The notes beneath the pieces were generated by a model, which was given only the letters and a program-made list of their open reading frames with translations, searched no databases and was not told the DNA's origin. From Octopus vulgaris (taxonomy: Eukaryota): 64,000 nucleotides of DNA. Made by a program: the position numbers and the translations under genes. Location of the stretch: contig OX597819.1 of the NCBI GenBank assembly GCA_951406725.2, positions 35,712,001 to 35,776,000 on the forward strand. Reading direction: 5' to 3'. The stretch's first letter is position 1. The number at the start of each line of letters is the position of its first letter. Positions 24,373 to 38,510 of the stretch are shown here, in pieces.

Positions 24373-26080
24373 CACACATGCACACACACAACTGTTATGT
24401 TAAGTGACAACAAAGCTATGTGGCAACATTATGAAGTAACATTGAGACAATGAGCAGTGAAAAATTAAAACAACTGGTGATTGAATCATGTAATGTGACT
24501 ATATGAACAGAACTAGATAAAAATGCACCATTTTACATTTGAGAGTATAGACTGTATGAAGCTCTAATTCTTAAATTACTTTGATGGAAAGAGTTCATTC
24601 AATAAGCTATTTTTCTGCAAGGGAAGAACATCCTCGATTTTACCATTTGCGTTACAGTAACAAAAATAATAGTATAATATGGTGTTGCCACGTAGACTAG
24701 AGGTAAATAAATTTTAGTTGCATCCTGTCCAAGTTTAAAAAGCATATTTTTTCTGACCTTATCTCACAGACAAAATGCATTGTTCATGACAGGTGAACTC
24801 ATTAAACTCTCCTATTGATTAATTTATGCTGATCACCACTAATTTTCTTCGATTCTGGTGTTTAGCCTATTTACTTCTGCAGTTATTTTTTTAGTGATTA
24901 AGTGATTCTCGGGGAAAACATGGAATAAAGGAAGCATGCTTGACCTAAAAGAATTAGATTTAACAGGAGAAATGGACTAAATGATTAATCGTTTTGTTAC
25001 CATATTTCTGTTAAAATAAGCCATCTTTGTTTCAACTAATTTGGAAAATAATGAAGAATTTAATAAAATAACATTGTCATTATTATGTTGGTGCTTGAAA
25101 CATAAATTAACATGAAATTAACATGAATTAACATGAAATTCAGTTTTGGTCAGGTTGATCTCAAAAGGTTTAAGTAACAAGGACATTCATTAGTGACCTC
25201 TTTATATAATGGAGAAAGGCACACTTTGTTAGAATTAGCAGTCAATTATCCCTTAAATTACTGTATTGAAAAAGGAAGAACTTGGTAGACAATGTAGTCC
25301 TGGACCTAGATATATAATGCATGAGAAATAAGCCTAGTCAGGTTGGTCATATCTGGAATGACTTTAATTATAGGTCTTGCAGATCAGAGCTAATTTGAAG
25401 TCAAACAGCAGCTGCAACAACCACAAGAAGTGTGGCAAATGAATAATTAAAATGGTTTAGATGTAAATTCTTTTTAAAACTTGAAATTCAAATTTCTGAC
25501 AGGCAAATTTTTTCTCCAATTTTGGATTGTAATTTTAGGCAAAATTCATGAAACCCTGAATTACCTTATTTATAGTATCACATCTCTGCTACCATGACTG
25601 ATAGCAAAAATTATCTCAGATTAATTATATAATTCTTGATTCCAATGTTCTCTACAGATATATCCTTTAATTATTTCAAAGTAAGAAATTCAAAGGAGTA
25701 TTGCTTGAATATTTCTGTTTATTTTTCATCTGTTTTATTTTTTCTTTAAACAAAAAATCAAAACCAAATAAATAAGAATAATGGTACTTTTTGAATGCAT
25801 TGGATAAGAATAACTGTTTTTTTTATAGTGGCAAAACCACAAACTATAGGAGAGGAGTACGGTCAATTGAAGGACATATATACCTAGCTTTTATTTTATT
25901 TTATACTCAGGCTAAATGGTAAAACAATTTTGCTTTACAATCATGAGGTCTCAGGGTTCAATCCTGCTGCATGGCATCTCAGACAATTTTTAGTTTTGAT
26001 AGCTTCAGGTCGACTCATTCAAAAAACATTTAGGTTTTGAATGGGTTTAGTGAATGGAAATGACTCTCTCTCTCTCTCTC

Positions 26081-26467
26081 TTTACTCTTTTACTTGTCTC
26101 AGTCATTTGACTGCGGCCATGCTGGAGCATCGCCTTTAATCGAGCAACTCGACCCCGGGACTTATTCTTTTGTAAGCCCAGTACTTATTCTATCGGTCTC
26201 TTTTGCCGAACCGCTAAGTAACGGGGACATAAACACATCAGCATCGGTTGTCAAGCAATGCTAGGGGGACAAACACACATATGCATATATATATATATAT
26301 ACATATATACGACGGGCTTCTTTTCAGTTTTCGTCTACCAAATTCACTCACAAGGCTTTGGTCGGCCTGAGGCTATAGTAGAAGACACTTTCCCAAGGTG
26401 CCATGCAGTGGGACTGAACCTGGAACCATGTGGTTGGTAAACAAGCTACTTACCACACAGCCACTCC
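26081..26467 (-). mobile_element. SINE family A
   Basis: Near full-length match to the 5431 copy. Confidence 0.9.
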
Positions 26468-29236
26468 AAAGGAATTTTTGCATATATAAACATACTTCAG
26501 CTCATGTCCATAACTGGTTCCAAGATGTGACTTAACTTGAAAGATAACATAACATGGAAAATCATATAAAATATTCATTAGCTTATATCTATTCTAATAA
26601 ATGATTTGTATAAATTTCCACAGGTATTTCGTTTGATTTTTAAGAACAGTATTGCCTTTGAGAGGCTTTTCTAAAAAGTTGTTATACTTTTAAATATGTT
26701 TGTTAAGAGTGACATAAAGTTGAATAAATCAACTGATGTTGTGGTTTCTTTCTTAAAAAAAAAACAAAACAAAACAATTTGAAGTAAAAAAAAAGACATA
26801 ACTTGAAATGACATATGTTGAGGTTTACTTATGTAAATATAAATATCTATATATGCGTTGCTAAACTGAAAACTTTCTTTGCTTATGTACATTTGTATAT
26901 TTTTGTATTTTTTCTAATACTGTCCTTGTATACAAACTTCCTTTATTTGTTATTTGTGTTTTTGTTACTGCCCATATCTCAAATTTTCTCTCCTTATTCA
27001 TCTATCATGTCTGGTCATTTATAACTAAGCAGTTTTATGTTGCTAACATTATCTAATTGAGCAATATTACTAGGTGCTGAAATTGTAATGATCATTGTTG
27101 ACAACTGATGAGGGGTTGAGTATCTGCTTTCATAGTGTGTTTTTTTACTGTTTTTCCCCACAAATTCCATTGTCATCTCTCTTTACCCACCTTATTTCAT
27201 GTGTGTGTGAGTGAGTGTGTGTGTATGTGTGTGCGTGCATGCTTGTGTGTTGTTGCATTTGTATGTCTCTAAAAATCATGAGGTACAAAAGGTGATATTG
27301 TCATCATTTCTCCCAACAATTAATCATCCACTGGCTTAGTGTCTTCAAATATGTGCAAAATTTAAAATCTGCTGTCAAAAAAAAAAAAAAGAACAGGTAA
27401 CATTTCGTAAAAAGTGAGGCATCAGGGTGTAAAATAATAATACTTAACCATATATTCATCTCATTTATGTTAGCATGGAAAAATGGACCTAAAAAGAGAC
27501 AAAGATACAGTATGGCTGAAATGTTTCTAAGTTCATTTTGCAAGCATGGAGCTTGATTCTACTGTGCCATCTTGGGGGAATATTTTCTGTAGCCTCAGGT
27601 CACCCTATTTTTGTGAGTGAAAATTAGCTTAAAGGAAACTGTATAACAGCCTGTTGAATGAATTATACCTGCAATTGAAAAGATAAAACCTTGTCGCACG
27701 TTGCTTATTGTGCCTGAAAATAATGTTAAGGATACACATGTGTCTGTGGAATCCTCAGCCACTTATATGCTAAGTCAATGGGCAAGTAATCCAGTTGATC
27801 AAACAGGTGAATTCTCATTGTTGAAAACAACAGAGAGTCATCCACCCATATTATACACCCTGAAGGAATAAATGGGATAACCAGGTAAAATTTGAAACCA
27901 GATTGTAAAGGAGTGAAAACACATATTGCATGTTACTGAGTCTTGTCTGCTACTGTTTCTGGCACTCCATCACCTTTGTTGATAAATTATTGGAAAAAGC
28001 TTTATCAATAGACTCAAGTGCATTATTGATTCAGGCACTGTTAAAAGCTTTCTGGATATTGAAGCAAATACTTTTATTCTCAGTTATTGTATTATTAATA
28101 TTTATCAGAACATCACTGTAGTAGTATTCTGAACAGTAGCAGTTGTCATGCAAGTTGCAAAAAGTAAAATATTAACAATTTAAGAAAGAAGATCAATCAT
28201 TTCTCGCTGATACAGCCAGTTTGCTTAGATAAACAATCAGATAGTAAAGTGATTGGATTACTTGCTGAAGCATTTGATTCAGACCTGATAGCTTTTTTAG
28301 AGTAGCATCAAAACATATATATGTTTAGTGGGTGAAAATGTTTGATAAAAATAATTGGTAATGTTTATCTTAGAAACCAATAACATTTAATATTTCTGTT
28401 TCTAACTGACCTTGAATTCAGTGGTTTGTGTTGTTATTATTTAAATGGGAGACAGGGCGTGTGGTTGAGAAGTTCATTATGCAGTGGTATATCTCTGAAT
28501 TCAATCACACAGCATGACATCTTGGGCAGGTGTCTTCTATTAGAGTCTAAATGCAATTTACTAGACAAAACTGTGCAGAAGTCTATTCTATAAGGTGAAA
28601 AGCAACATTGACCCTGATAGGAATTCAGCTCAGACCTCAGTAACTTTGCTGCCATTGAACACCAACTACGCTGTTGTTATGTAGCTGTTATCGTTCAGTC
28701 CCAGGTCAGCCCTAATTAAGAAAATTCATGATCAAAAATATTCCAGTCATGACAACCATATCTCCCGTTTTTTTTATGTAGCACTATATTCTCTATTGTG
28801 TTCTTTATCAAGACAATGGAATTTGATTTGGGGGAGGTCTGACAGCTACTTCATGAAGAGTGATTGCAAAGAAGTAGCTGTTTCACTGACTGGTTTAATA
28901 TATAATTATCCCTATCTGTGAATCTAGATAGGGATAATCATATAGCTTGAAGCTATGGGCATTGCTTTGCTTCTTCAGACTAAGGATTATAGTAAATATA
29001 CTGAATGAGTAACCTGTTGTAATTACAGAACCAAGAAGAAATAGTTGGCTTATTATATTATTACATTATATTTAATTATATTATATTATGTATCAAAGTA
29101 TTAATACTAGACAATATCTCTCAATACAACAAAAAAGTGTTTTCATGCAAAATCTATCAGAGTACTCAATAACATAAATACACTAAATTCAGATCTCTAA
29201 TATGATAAGATATATTAAATAACATATATAACAGAC

Positions 29237-29494
29237 TGGCTTCTGTGCCAGTGGCACGTAAAAAGCACCAACCGATCGTGGCCGCTGCCAGCCTCCCCTG
29301 GCACCTGTGCTGGTGGCACGTAAAAAGCACCCACTACACTCACGGAGTGGTTGGCGTTAGGAAGGGCATCCAGCTGTAGAAACACTGCCAGATCAGACTG
29401 GAGCTGGTCCTGGCTTCCCAGATCCCGGTTGAACCGTCCAACCTATGCTAGCATGGAAAACGGACGTTAAATGATGATGATGATGATGATGATG
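29237..29494 (+). mobile_element. RTE-type 3' tail repeat (family E), well preserved
   Basis: GTGGCACGTAAAAAGCACC repeats, GGTTGGCGTTAGGAAGGGCATCCAGC and a (GAT)n tail. Confidence 0.85.
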
Positions 29495-29799
29495 AAAAGA
29501 TGACTGAAAATGCTTCAAATGCATATATTAAAATAAATATGTATTTTTTAGGCTAGACAGATTTTCTCTTTATTATTCTTGAGAAGACCTATTTAGGCAA
29601 GTAAAACTGAGATCATAAAGGATTGTCTTCTGTGTCAATGCCCTGCACCATGCCTGCACACACAATCTTTCCCTGACAAGCCTCTCCCCCACATCTCATC
29701 TTTCTAACACCTCCCCTTCTCCCAGCTCATGTTCACTACTTGCTGTATTCTTCTTTCCTTTATCTCTCACTCTGTCATGCGGACCTAGCTGCCCTCAAT

Positions 29800-30050
29800 A
29801 TCGTTTAACGTCCATTTTCCGTGCTAGCATGGGTTGGACGGTTCGACTGGGGTCTGGGAAGCCAGGAGGCTGCACCAGGCTCCAGTCTGATCTGGCAGTG
29901 TTTCTACAGCTGGATGCCCTTCCTAACGCCAACCTCTCCATGAGTGTAGTGGGTGCTTTTTATGTGCCACCAGCACAGGTGCCAGGGGAGGCTGGCAGCA
30001 GCCACGATCGGTTGGTGCTTTTTACGTGCCACCAACACAGAAGCCAGTGG
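29800..30050 (-). mobile_element. RTE-type 3' tail repeat (family E)
   Basis: Reverse complement of the 29237 copy. Confidence 0.85.
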
Positions 30051-30416
30051 TCCTGTCAAATGACAGATTCATTAGGGCATTGGACAAAATGCCTTTTAAT
30101 ATCTCTTCTGGCTCTATACATTCTGAATTCAAATCTTGCTGCATTAAACTTTGCCTTTCATCCTTTCAGTGTCAATAAAATAAAGTACCAGCCAAGTACT
30201 GGTGTTAGTGGGGTTGATTAAGCCCCTTCCACAAATTTTAGAGATTGTACCTATGTTTGAAATGGTTATTTTATTGCCCTGAATTTGTTGTGATCAGATA
30301 AGAAATCAATTTTTTTGAGCACTCTGTTAGACTTAGCATGAAAATATTTTTTCGTTGGACACTATTTGTTCTTTGATCGCTGCAAGGGAAAAAAGTAGCT
30401 TGCCATAACTCTCACT

Positions 30417-30813
30417 CTCTTTACTCTTTTACTTGTTTCGGTCATTTGACTGTGCCCATGCTGGAGCACCGACTTTAGTTGAGCAAATTGACCCCATGGC
30501 TTATTCTTTGTAAGCCTAGTACTTATTCTATAGGTCTCTTTTGCCGAACCACTAAGTTACGGGGATGTAAACACACCAGCATCGGTTGTCAAGCAATGTT
30601 GGGGGAACAAACATATACACACACATACATACATACATATATATATATATGCATATATACGATGGGCTTCTTTCAGTTTCCGTCTACCAAATCCACTCAC
30701 AAGGCTTTGGTCGGCCCAAGGCTATAGTAGAAGACACTTGCCCAAGGTGCCATGCAGTGGGACTGAACCCGGAACCATGTGGTTCGTAAGCAAGCTACTT
30801 ACTACACAGCCAC
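30417..30813 (-). mobile_element. SINE family A
   Basis: Match to the 5431 copy. Confidence 0.9.
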
Positions 30814-31102
30814 AACTTATTTGTGTATAAGTCACAGTATTTTATACTTGATTTTAAATGGAAAATCTAGGGTACAGTTCATTTATGGGGCAAAGCTAAA
30901 ACAATGCTAGGAAAAATTTTTTTAATAAGATTTTACACTAAACAAGGGATGCATCTTACACATGAGTAAACGCAATATTTAGTTTTTTTTCATTAGTAAA
31001 ACAAATTTTTGCTTGGTAAAATGGAGAATATCATATAATTATTATGTATGTATTGCATTGTATTTTCCTTTATATTTTCATTTCAATTATACAACAGAAA
31101 TT

Positions 31103-31318
31103 TGGTGGCAAGTTGGCAGAATCATTAACATGCTGAGCTAAATGCTTAGTGGCATGTTGTTCATCTTTATGCTCTGAGTTCAAATTCTGCCATGGTCAAC
31201 TTTGCCTTTTGCCTTTTGTGATCAATAAAATAAGTACCAGTTGAGCACTGGGGGTTGATGTAATTGACTCGTCATCTTCCCCGATTGAGCTGACCTTGTG
31301 CCAAAATTTGAAACCAAT
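31103..31318 (+). mobile_element. SINE family B
   Basis: Head and central block as in the 47758 copy. Confidence 0.8.
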
Positions 31319-31342
31319 ATTTTTTATTAAACTATGACATAC

Positions 31343-31741
31343 TCTCTTTTACTTGTTTCAGTCATTTGACTGTGGCCATGCTGGAGCACGGCCTTCTAGT
31401 CGAGTAAATCGACCCCAGGACTTATTCTTTGTAAGCCTAGTACTTATTCTATCAGTCTCTTTTGCTGAACCGTTAAGTTACGTGGACGTAAACACACCAG
31501 CATCGGTTGTCAAGCAATGGTGGGGGGACAAACACAGACACACAAACATATGCACACATGCATATACATACATATATATGACGAGCTTCTTCCAGTTTCC
31601 GTCTACCAAATCCACTCACAAGGCTTTGGTCGGCCCGAGGCTATAGTAGAAGACACTTGCCCAAGGTGCCACGCGGTGGGAATGAAGCTGGAACCATGTG
31701 GTTAGTAAGCAAGCTACTTACCACACAGCCACTCCTGCGCC
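31343..31741 (-). mobile_element. SINE family A, full length
   Basis: Ends with CCACTCCTGCGCC, the reversed head. Confidence 0.92.
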
Positions 31742-32545
31742 TTTAACATTCATATATAACCATTGTGATCTACAAGAATTTCATCAGTACAAATTAATGG
31801 TGGATTAATTATGCTATATTATGTCATTATGAAAGGAGAAAGAAGGAGAGAAAGGAGAAATTAATTTATCAAAGGGAAATGGAGGGATTTTGTTATATGA
31901 AGGCATTTCGTTTGGAATTTTTCTTTTGTTTGTCACAGTCTGTTTGCTGTTGCAGAAGGTGGGGAAGAGAGAGAGAGAGAGGGGGAGAGGTGAGGAGAGG
32001 AAGAAAGAGGAGGGAGAGAAAGAAAGAGAAGGATGGAGAGTAAAAGAGGATGGAGAGTAAAAGAGGAGGAAGAGTAAAAGAGGAGGGAGTGAAGCAAACT
32101 TAATGTAAAATTATGTACAAATTAGTATGAATAATCCTAATTCATTTTCTTCTTTCATGTGAGAATAACCATTTTCAGTTGCAGGTGAAGTCAATAATGG
32201 CTGCAAATATTTCCATAAGGGCCATATTTCAGATGCACAATTTATTATGAAAATACGTTTAATTCCAGGGATGTGTGATCTGTGTGTTCCCCTCTGCAAG
32301 GTTGGTTGGATAACAGTTTACTTAACTATGCACGTTCATTACAAGCCATCATGCATTACTAATAGAGGCTCACAGATTTTCAGCTAGAATTTTTCCTATT
32401 CTTGCAAACTATTAGCTTTATTGAAGGTCATGTCAAGATGTCAGTATTTAAATGGCATTAGGTTAAATAAATAATTTAATTTGGAAGTTGTTATTATTAG
32501 GCAGTCTGCAAATTGCCTGGAATTCATGATTTCTAATTGGAACAC

Positions 32546-32768
32546 CCCTTTAGCATTCGGATTGCTCTCTCTCAAATGTAGTGCTTCTTTATTCACATTG
32601 TTTTAAATTAATCAAGCATTATCTCATAGCTTTGAGTTTTCAATGATGTAATTGTTTATTTTTAGGATGATATTATAGGGTAGATGCTAGAGGATAGAGC
32701 AGGGTGGTTTGAAAATGAAGCAAAATAGAATACATGGGTCGGATATACCTGGTTTAAATGCTAAAGCG
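32546..32768. mobile_element. piggyBac-like MITE, second family
   Basis: TIR CCCTTTAGCATT/AATGCTAAAGCG followed by TTAA. Confidence 0.6.
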
Positions 32769-32856
32769 TTAATTACATTAATTAGCGAATAGTAATCAGC
32801 GGAGATAATTGCTGCATTGATAATTTTATTATATTACCAGTTTATAGCTCATGAGT

Positions 32857-33203
32857 GAAGGCGCATGGCTCAGTGGTTAGAGTGTTGAGCTTACGATCAT
32901 GAGGTTGTGAGCTCGAATCCCGGACCGGGCTGCGTGTTGTGTTCTTGAGCAAGACACTTTATTTTACGTTGCTCAAGTTCACTCAGCTGTAGAAATGAGT
33001 TGCGATGTTACAGGTGCTAAGCTGTATCGGCCTTTGCCTTTCCCTTGGATAACACTGGTGGCGTGGAGAGGGGAGGCCGGTATGCATGGGCGACTGCTGG
33101 TCTTCCATAAATAACCTTGCCCAGACTTGTGCCTGGGAGGTTAACTTTCTAGGTGCAAGCCCATGGTCAGTGTCATGACCGAAGGGGGTCTCACACACAC
33201 ACA
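32857..33203 (+). mobile_element. CORE-type SINE family C, full length with TSD
   Basis: tRNA-like head, MIR-core-like TGTGTTCTTGAGCAAGACACTT..CTCAGCTGTAGAAATG, (CA)n tail and a perfect 14-bp TSD TATAGCTCATGAGT (32843-32856 and 33204-33217). Confidence 0.92.
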
Positions 33204-33399
33204 TATAGCTCATGAGTTCATAGTGTGCTACAGGTATTATATTCTATCTGTGAACAAAAATGCTTATTTTTGTTGTTGTTGTTGTTGCTCAGTGACATTG
33301 GTTGTTCCTTCTGAAGCAGATATATGAAGTAGAGTTGGGCAGTTAGGCCTTCAAAGGCAACATATAGCTCACCTCCTTTCGTATAATTATATGTAGTAA

Positions 33400-33885
33400 G
33401 ATAATGATGATGATGACGATGATGCTGATGATGGTGATGATGATGACTTATGATGATGATGATAACGATATTGATGGAAATGATGGCAATGGAGGAGGTG
33501 GAGGTGGTGGTGGTAGCTTTGGTGGTGGTGGTGGTGGTGATGATTATGGTGGTGGTGGTGGTAGTGATGGTGGTGATGATGATGATGGCGACGATGCTGA
33601 CAGTGGTGATGATGATGACTTATGACGATGATGATAACAATATCGATGGAAATGATGGCAATGGTGGAGGTGGTGGTGATGGTGGCAGGGGTGATGATGA
33701 TGGTGGTGGTGGTGGTGATGATTATGGTGGTGGTAGTGGTGGTGGTGGTGATGGTGGTGGTAGTGATGGTGGTGGTGATGATGATGATGACGACGGTGAT
33801 GATGATGATGACAACGGTAATGATGATTGTAGGGGTAGTGATGGTGATGGTGCTTGTGATGATGATGATAGTAATGATGTCGTTC
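33400..33885. repeat. (GAT/GGT)n array with a ~190-bp internal duplication
   Basis: GACTTATGA..GATGGAAATGATGGCAATGG occurs twice. Confidence 0.9.
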
Positions 33886-34267
33886 AGTCCTTGACGAGCT
33901 CTAACTCAAACGACTTATGATTAAAAACACTTATAGCTATTACCATCCACTTTTTCTTATTTTCCTTGCGTGCTGTTGCATAATGTGATTTTCTTTATTT
34001 AAGATGTTAGGTAGTGTGAGCTAAAGGAGATTTCACTGCTATTTCTAGCAGCTCAGGCAACTACATGCTACATAGAGCTTCATTCTCATCTCTCCTTCAT
34101 TTGTTAGAAATAGATCTGGTTTGTCGTGTCGTTCTGAGTCTAACTTGAGCAGCTGATAAATATTTTAGTTGTGATCGTCCCACCTTTATGGTGGCACACG
34201 TCTAATTAAGATTGTATTCATGAAACATGGTTCATTGACGACTTCTGAAAGTAACAAACAGGCACCA

Positions 34268-34268
34268 A

Positions 34269-34345
<77 letters not shown>

Positions 34346-34714
34346 TACATACACATGCACACACACGCACCACACCACACCACACACACACACTCACACA
34401 CATGTGCACATGTGCGTGTCCACATACACATGCATACGCATACACATGCACACGCAAACACATACACACGCACACACAAGCACACACATGTACACAAACA
34501 GGCACACATACATATACATACATATATGCATACATACAGACATATAAGCATACATATATACATGTATGCATACATGCATACATATAAACATACATATGTA
34601 CATACATACATACATACATGCATACATACATACATACATACATACATACATACATACATACATGCATGCATGCATACATACGTACATACATACATACATA
34701 CATACATACATACA

Positions 34715-34745
<31 letters not shown>

Positions 34746-34772
34746 GTACGTACATACACACATACACACATA
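34268..34772. repeat. (CA)n/(CATA)n microsatellite
   Basis: Seen directly. Confidence 0.95.
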
Positions 34773-35038
34773 TAAGTAAAGAATGGAAGACAGGACTCTC
34801 ATAGAATGGAGGAAATGGCTATTGTCTATTTGCAGAAAAGAAGTCAGTAGATGTTCCATAAGGTGTGCCCTTTGTAAACAATAGTCACACTAAAGGTGTA
34901 ATGGAATCAAGGTAAGCTAAAAGCTAAGAGAGCAGGTAGATTCTCTCAAATGCTTCTGTGGCTCCCAAGAAGTTGAATGCTTTTGTTTCCTAGGTGGTCT
35001 ACTTAGCAGAGGAGGCAGGTGTTTCAAAGGTGTTACCC

Positions 35039-35099
<61 letters not shown>

Positions 35100-35102
<3 letters not shown>

Positions 35103-35297
35103 AGAAGGAGCTTCTACAGGACTAGAACTGTTTCATTCAGATGAAAGAACTTATTTTGACAGCCAGCTTCCTGAAGATTTCATCTGAATGAAACAGTTCT
35201 AGTCCTGTAGAAGCTCCTTCTATAAAATAAATTACTTTACTCTGCTATGTATTGAGTACCTTATTTACTGTGGTTAACCCCGACTCAACCCGGGACC

Positions 35298-35300
<3 letters not shown>
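35100..35300 (+). mobile_element. Penelope pLTR-like insertion in (TA)n with a perfect 45-bp inverted repeat
   Basis: 35102-35146 is the exact reverse complement of 35178-35222; pure (TA)n on both sides; contains a hammerhead motif. Confidence 0.7.
35165..35215 (+). ncRNA. Type I hammerhead ribozyme motif
   Basis: AGCTTC-CTGAAGA-T[TTC-ATCT-GAA]T-GAAA-CAG-TTCTAGTC-CTG-TA-GAAGCT: stem I 6 bp, stem III 4 bp, GUA triplet, U-U at 10.1/11.1. Confidence 0.75.
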
Positions 35301-35360
<60 letters not shown>

Positions 35361-35363
<3 letters not shown>

Positions 35364-35655
35364 CGTGATCACCATGACTGACCAGGCTATCAGATGTTGT
35401 TACACATCGCTAGTCACAATGCGCTTTGCATTGTTTTAGCCTTCAAGTGATGCCACCCCGCTGGCTAAGCGAGCAGGCCAACAGAAGAAAGAGTGAGAGA
35501 AAGTTGTGGCGAAAGAGTACAGCAGGGATTGCCACCACCCCCTGCTGAAGCCTCGTGGAGCTTAAGGTGTTTTTGCTCAATAAACACTCACAACGCCCGG
35601 TCTGAGAATCGAAACCGCGATCCTACAACTGTGAGTCCACTGCCCTAACCACCTC

Positions 35656-35656
<1 letters not shown>
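35361..35656 (-). mobile_element. SINE family D
   Basis: Reverse complement of the 18962 copy, with the same tail. Confidence 0.85.
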
Positions 35657-35693
<37 letters not shown>

Positions 35694-35696
<3 letters not shown>

Positions 35697-36155
35697 TTAT
35701 CATTTAACGTCCACTTTCCATGCTAGCATGGATCAGAAGATTTGACTGAGGACTGGCGAACCAGATGGCTGCATTAGGCTCCAATCTGATCTAGCAGAGT
35801 TTCTACAGTTGGATGCCCTTCCTAACGCCAACCACTCCGAGAGTGTAGTGGGTGCTTTTATGTGCCACTGGCATGAGGGCCAGTCTGGCGGTACTGGCAA
35901 CGGTCATGCTCAAATAGTGTTTTTTACTTGCCACCTGCACAGGAGTCAGTCCAGTGGCACTGGCAATGACCTCACTTGAATATTTAGTTCAAGTGTCACC
36001 AGCTCAAGTGCCAGTAAGGCAACACTAGTAACGATCATGCTCAAATGGTGCTTTTCATGTGCCACTGGCATGGAAGCCAGACAGCTGCTCTGGCAGTGAT
36101 CCCACTCTGATGGAGCTGTTGGCGCTCCACTGGCATGGGCGCCAGTCATCGAATT
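35694..36155 (-). mobile_element. RTE-type tail repeat (family E variant with internal GTGCCA repeats)
   Basis: CATTTAACGTCCACTTTCCATGCTAGCATGG..GGATGCCCTTCCTAACGCCAACC. Confidence 0.75.
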
Positions 36156-36309
36156 TGGTTCATATATCATCATCATCATCACCATCATTGTTAACATCTG
36201 CCTTCCATATATATAGATGGGTAGAGTGGTGCATGCATGAAGGAAAGACAATTTGACGGCCTTTGAAGCCTGAGCATATCTTCAAAGTAATACGTGTGTC
36301 TAAATAAAA

Positions 36310-36550
36310 ATGAGTTGGAGAACTTCTTCCCTAATGTCAAGGGTAGATTGTATGATGCTTGTGAGCAAAGCGTGTTGATGCACAACAGTAGGACATTGGT
36401 CTTATAGTTGCTAACAATTTTTGAGATGATTAGAAAGAAATGAAGCAAGTATGTTAATGGACATAAATGATGAAGCATAAATTAATTAAGAGACAAACTG
36501 GGAATAAGGGAAATCAGATTTCATGTGAAAGAGGGGAGACTGCAATGAGG
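36310..36550 (+). pseudogene. RTE LINE RT C-terminal fragment
   Basis: [27 protein letters not shown], homologous to 22740-22940. Confidence 0.65.
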
Positions 36551-36553
36551 ATG

Positions 36554-36631
<78 letters not shown>

Positions 36632-36644
36632 ATATATATATAAG

Positions 36645-36701
<57 letters not shown>

Positions 36702-36811
36702 GTAACACTGCATCTCTCATTACTTAACATCCTTAATACTGACTCGACTCTGTTAGTATTTCCCCTATTGCCCTCTCTCAACTATTTACATACATATGTA
36801 CGTATATTTAC

Positions 36812-36849
<38 letters not shown>

Positions 36850-36948
36850 CATATATATGTAATATATATATGTGTATATATATATATACATATATACATA
36901 TAATATATATATACATACATATACACATATATAATATATATATATGTA

Positions 36949-36979
<31 letters not shown>

Positions 36980-37231
36980 GTTTGGACTAATAATTATGGA
37001 TTAAATGTTTATTCACTCTCAGAATTATCTTTGAGATTTTATTCTAAGTGGCTGGACGTAGTTTCTTTGAACTTGTTTGTCAGTCCTTAGAAGTATATCT
37101 GCAAAAATACTCATAAACACAAAGAAATATGATTAGTCATTGAGAGTTAATTGTTTGCCACACCCACCAAAACAAAAAACAAAACAAAAAACAAAAACAA
37201 AAACTAACTTAGTAAAAGACCCAAAACAAAA

Positions 37232-37770
37232 TAGTATATGCATCACACATTCATTTATTCAATTGTTATACATAGAACACATGATATATTCAACTATTCA
37301 CCTGAAAAAAACAAAACAAAAACAAAAACACATGATATTCTGATGTCTTCAATATCATACATGGAACAACACATGATATTCTGATGTCTTCAATATCATA
37401 CATGGAACATACAAAGGCAAGAAAGCTGGCTATTGTAATAGATATTACAGCCTTTTGCAATTTTGTATAAAAGATTGGAATTAATGAATCCTTGCAGAAA
37501 TTTCCCATCAATAACTAATGAGGAATTTCCAACTACAAAGTGTTTCCTACATAATGGATTTGTCTATTCCTAGAAAAATGGGTATATATTGATAATAATT
37601 ATTCAACATTAAAACTTCATTAACAATAGGTACTGCTTTGCCTTTGTGTGATTTATACATATGATATTGAAGACATTAAAAGATATCATGTGTTTTTGTA
37701 TGTGAATAGATGATTATATCATGTGTTTTGCATATGACAATGGAATTGATGTATGTGTGATACATTTACT
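37232..37770. mobile_element. Old foldback/MITE-like element with long imperfect inverted arms
   Basis: TGTCTTCAATATCATA/TATGATATTGAAGACA, ACACATGATAT/ATATCATGTGT and ACAAAGGCAA/TTGCCTTTGT pair in nested order; a ~40-bp tandem duplication lies in the left arm. Confidence 0.6.
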
Positions 37771-37964
37771 CTTTTACTCTTTTACTTGTTTCAGTCATTT
37801 GACTGTGGCCATGCTGGGGCACCGCCTTTAGTCGAGCAAATCGACCCCAGGACTTATTCTTTGTAAGCCTAGTACTTATTCTGTCGGTCTCTTTTGAATA
37901 AGTATCATCAAAGTAATGATTCAAGAAGCTTTAACTTTTAATTTAATAATAAAAATAATAACGA

Positions 37965-38172
37965 TTTCAAATTTTGGGATAAGGCCAGCAATATTGAGGG
38001 GAGGGAGTAAGTCGATTACATCAACCCCAGTATTCAACGGGTACTTCTTTTTATTGACCTTGAAAGGATGGAAAGCAAAGTTGACTCAGAGGAATTTGAA
38101 CTCCAAGTTTAAAGACGGACAAAATACTGTGAAGCTTTTTGTCCAGTATGCTGATGATTCAGCCAGCTTGCC
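37965..38172 (-). mobile_element. SINE family B
   Basis: Reversed central block and head; further copies or fragments at 38515-38720 and 38770-38862. Confidence 0.75.
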
Positions 38173-38179
38173 ACAATTG

Positions 38180-38510
38180 ACAATAACAACAACAACAACA
38201 ACAACAATTAATTCTGGTTTATTGGCCACAAGGACTAACATAAATCAGAAACATGTAAGGACAAATGCAGGACGAAAAGTACAAATGGTTTTGCGAAAAA
38301 GAAAGGTCCGTGTAAACATTCAAATAACAGTGAAAAATATAAGAAAAAAATTCCCAATAGAAGTTACTCGTGGAAAAACCCATAAAAGCCACAGGAGCCT
38401 GGTCAAAAAGGGGTAGAGAGCCCCTTCTCCTTTTATATTACCTTTCTTTTTTTACAGGTGTAATCTCAGAATTGGTCCATTCATACTGGCCATTTTAACG
38501 ACATTCAAAT
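38180..38510 (-). mobile_element. Probable 3' end of an L1/Tx1-like LINE
   Basis: Minus strand: ORF end NVVKMASMNGPILRLHL*, T-rich UTR, AATAAA, then a (GTT)n tail. The family assignment is by recollection. Confidence 0.4.

Noticed and set aside
27100-27290. CTGATGAGGGG as a hammerhead start
   Set aside because: No correctly placed GAAA or closing stems.
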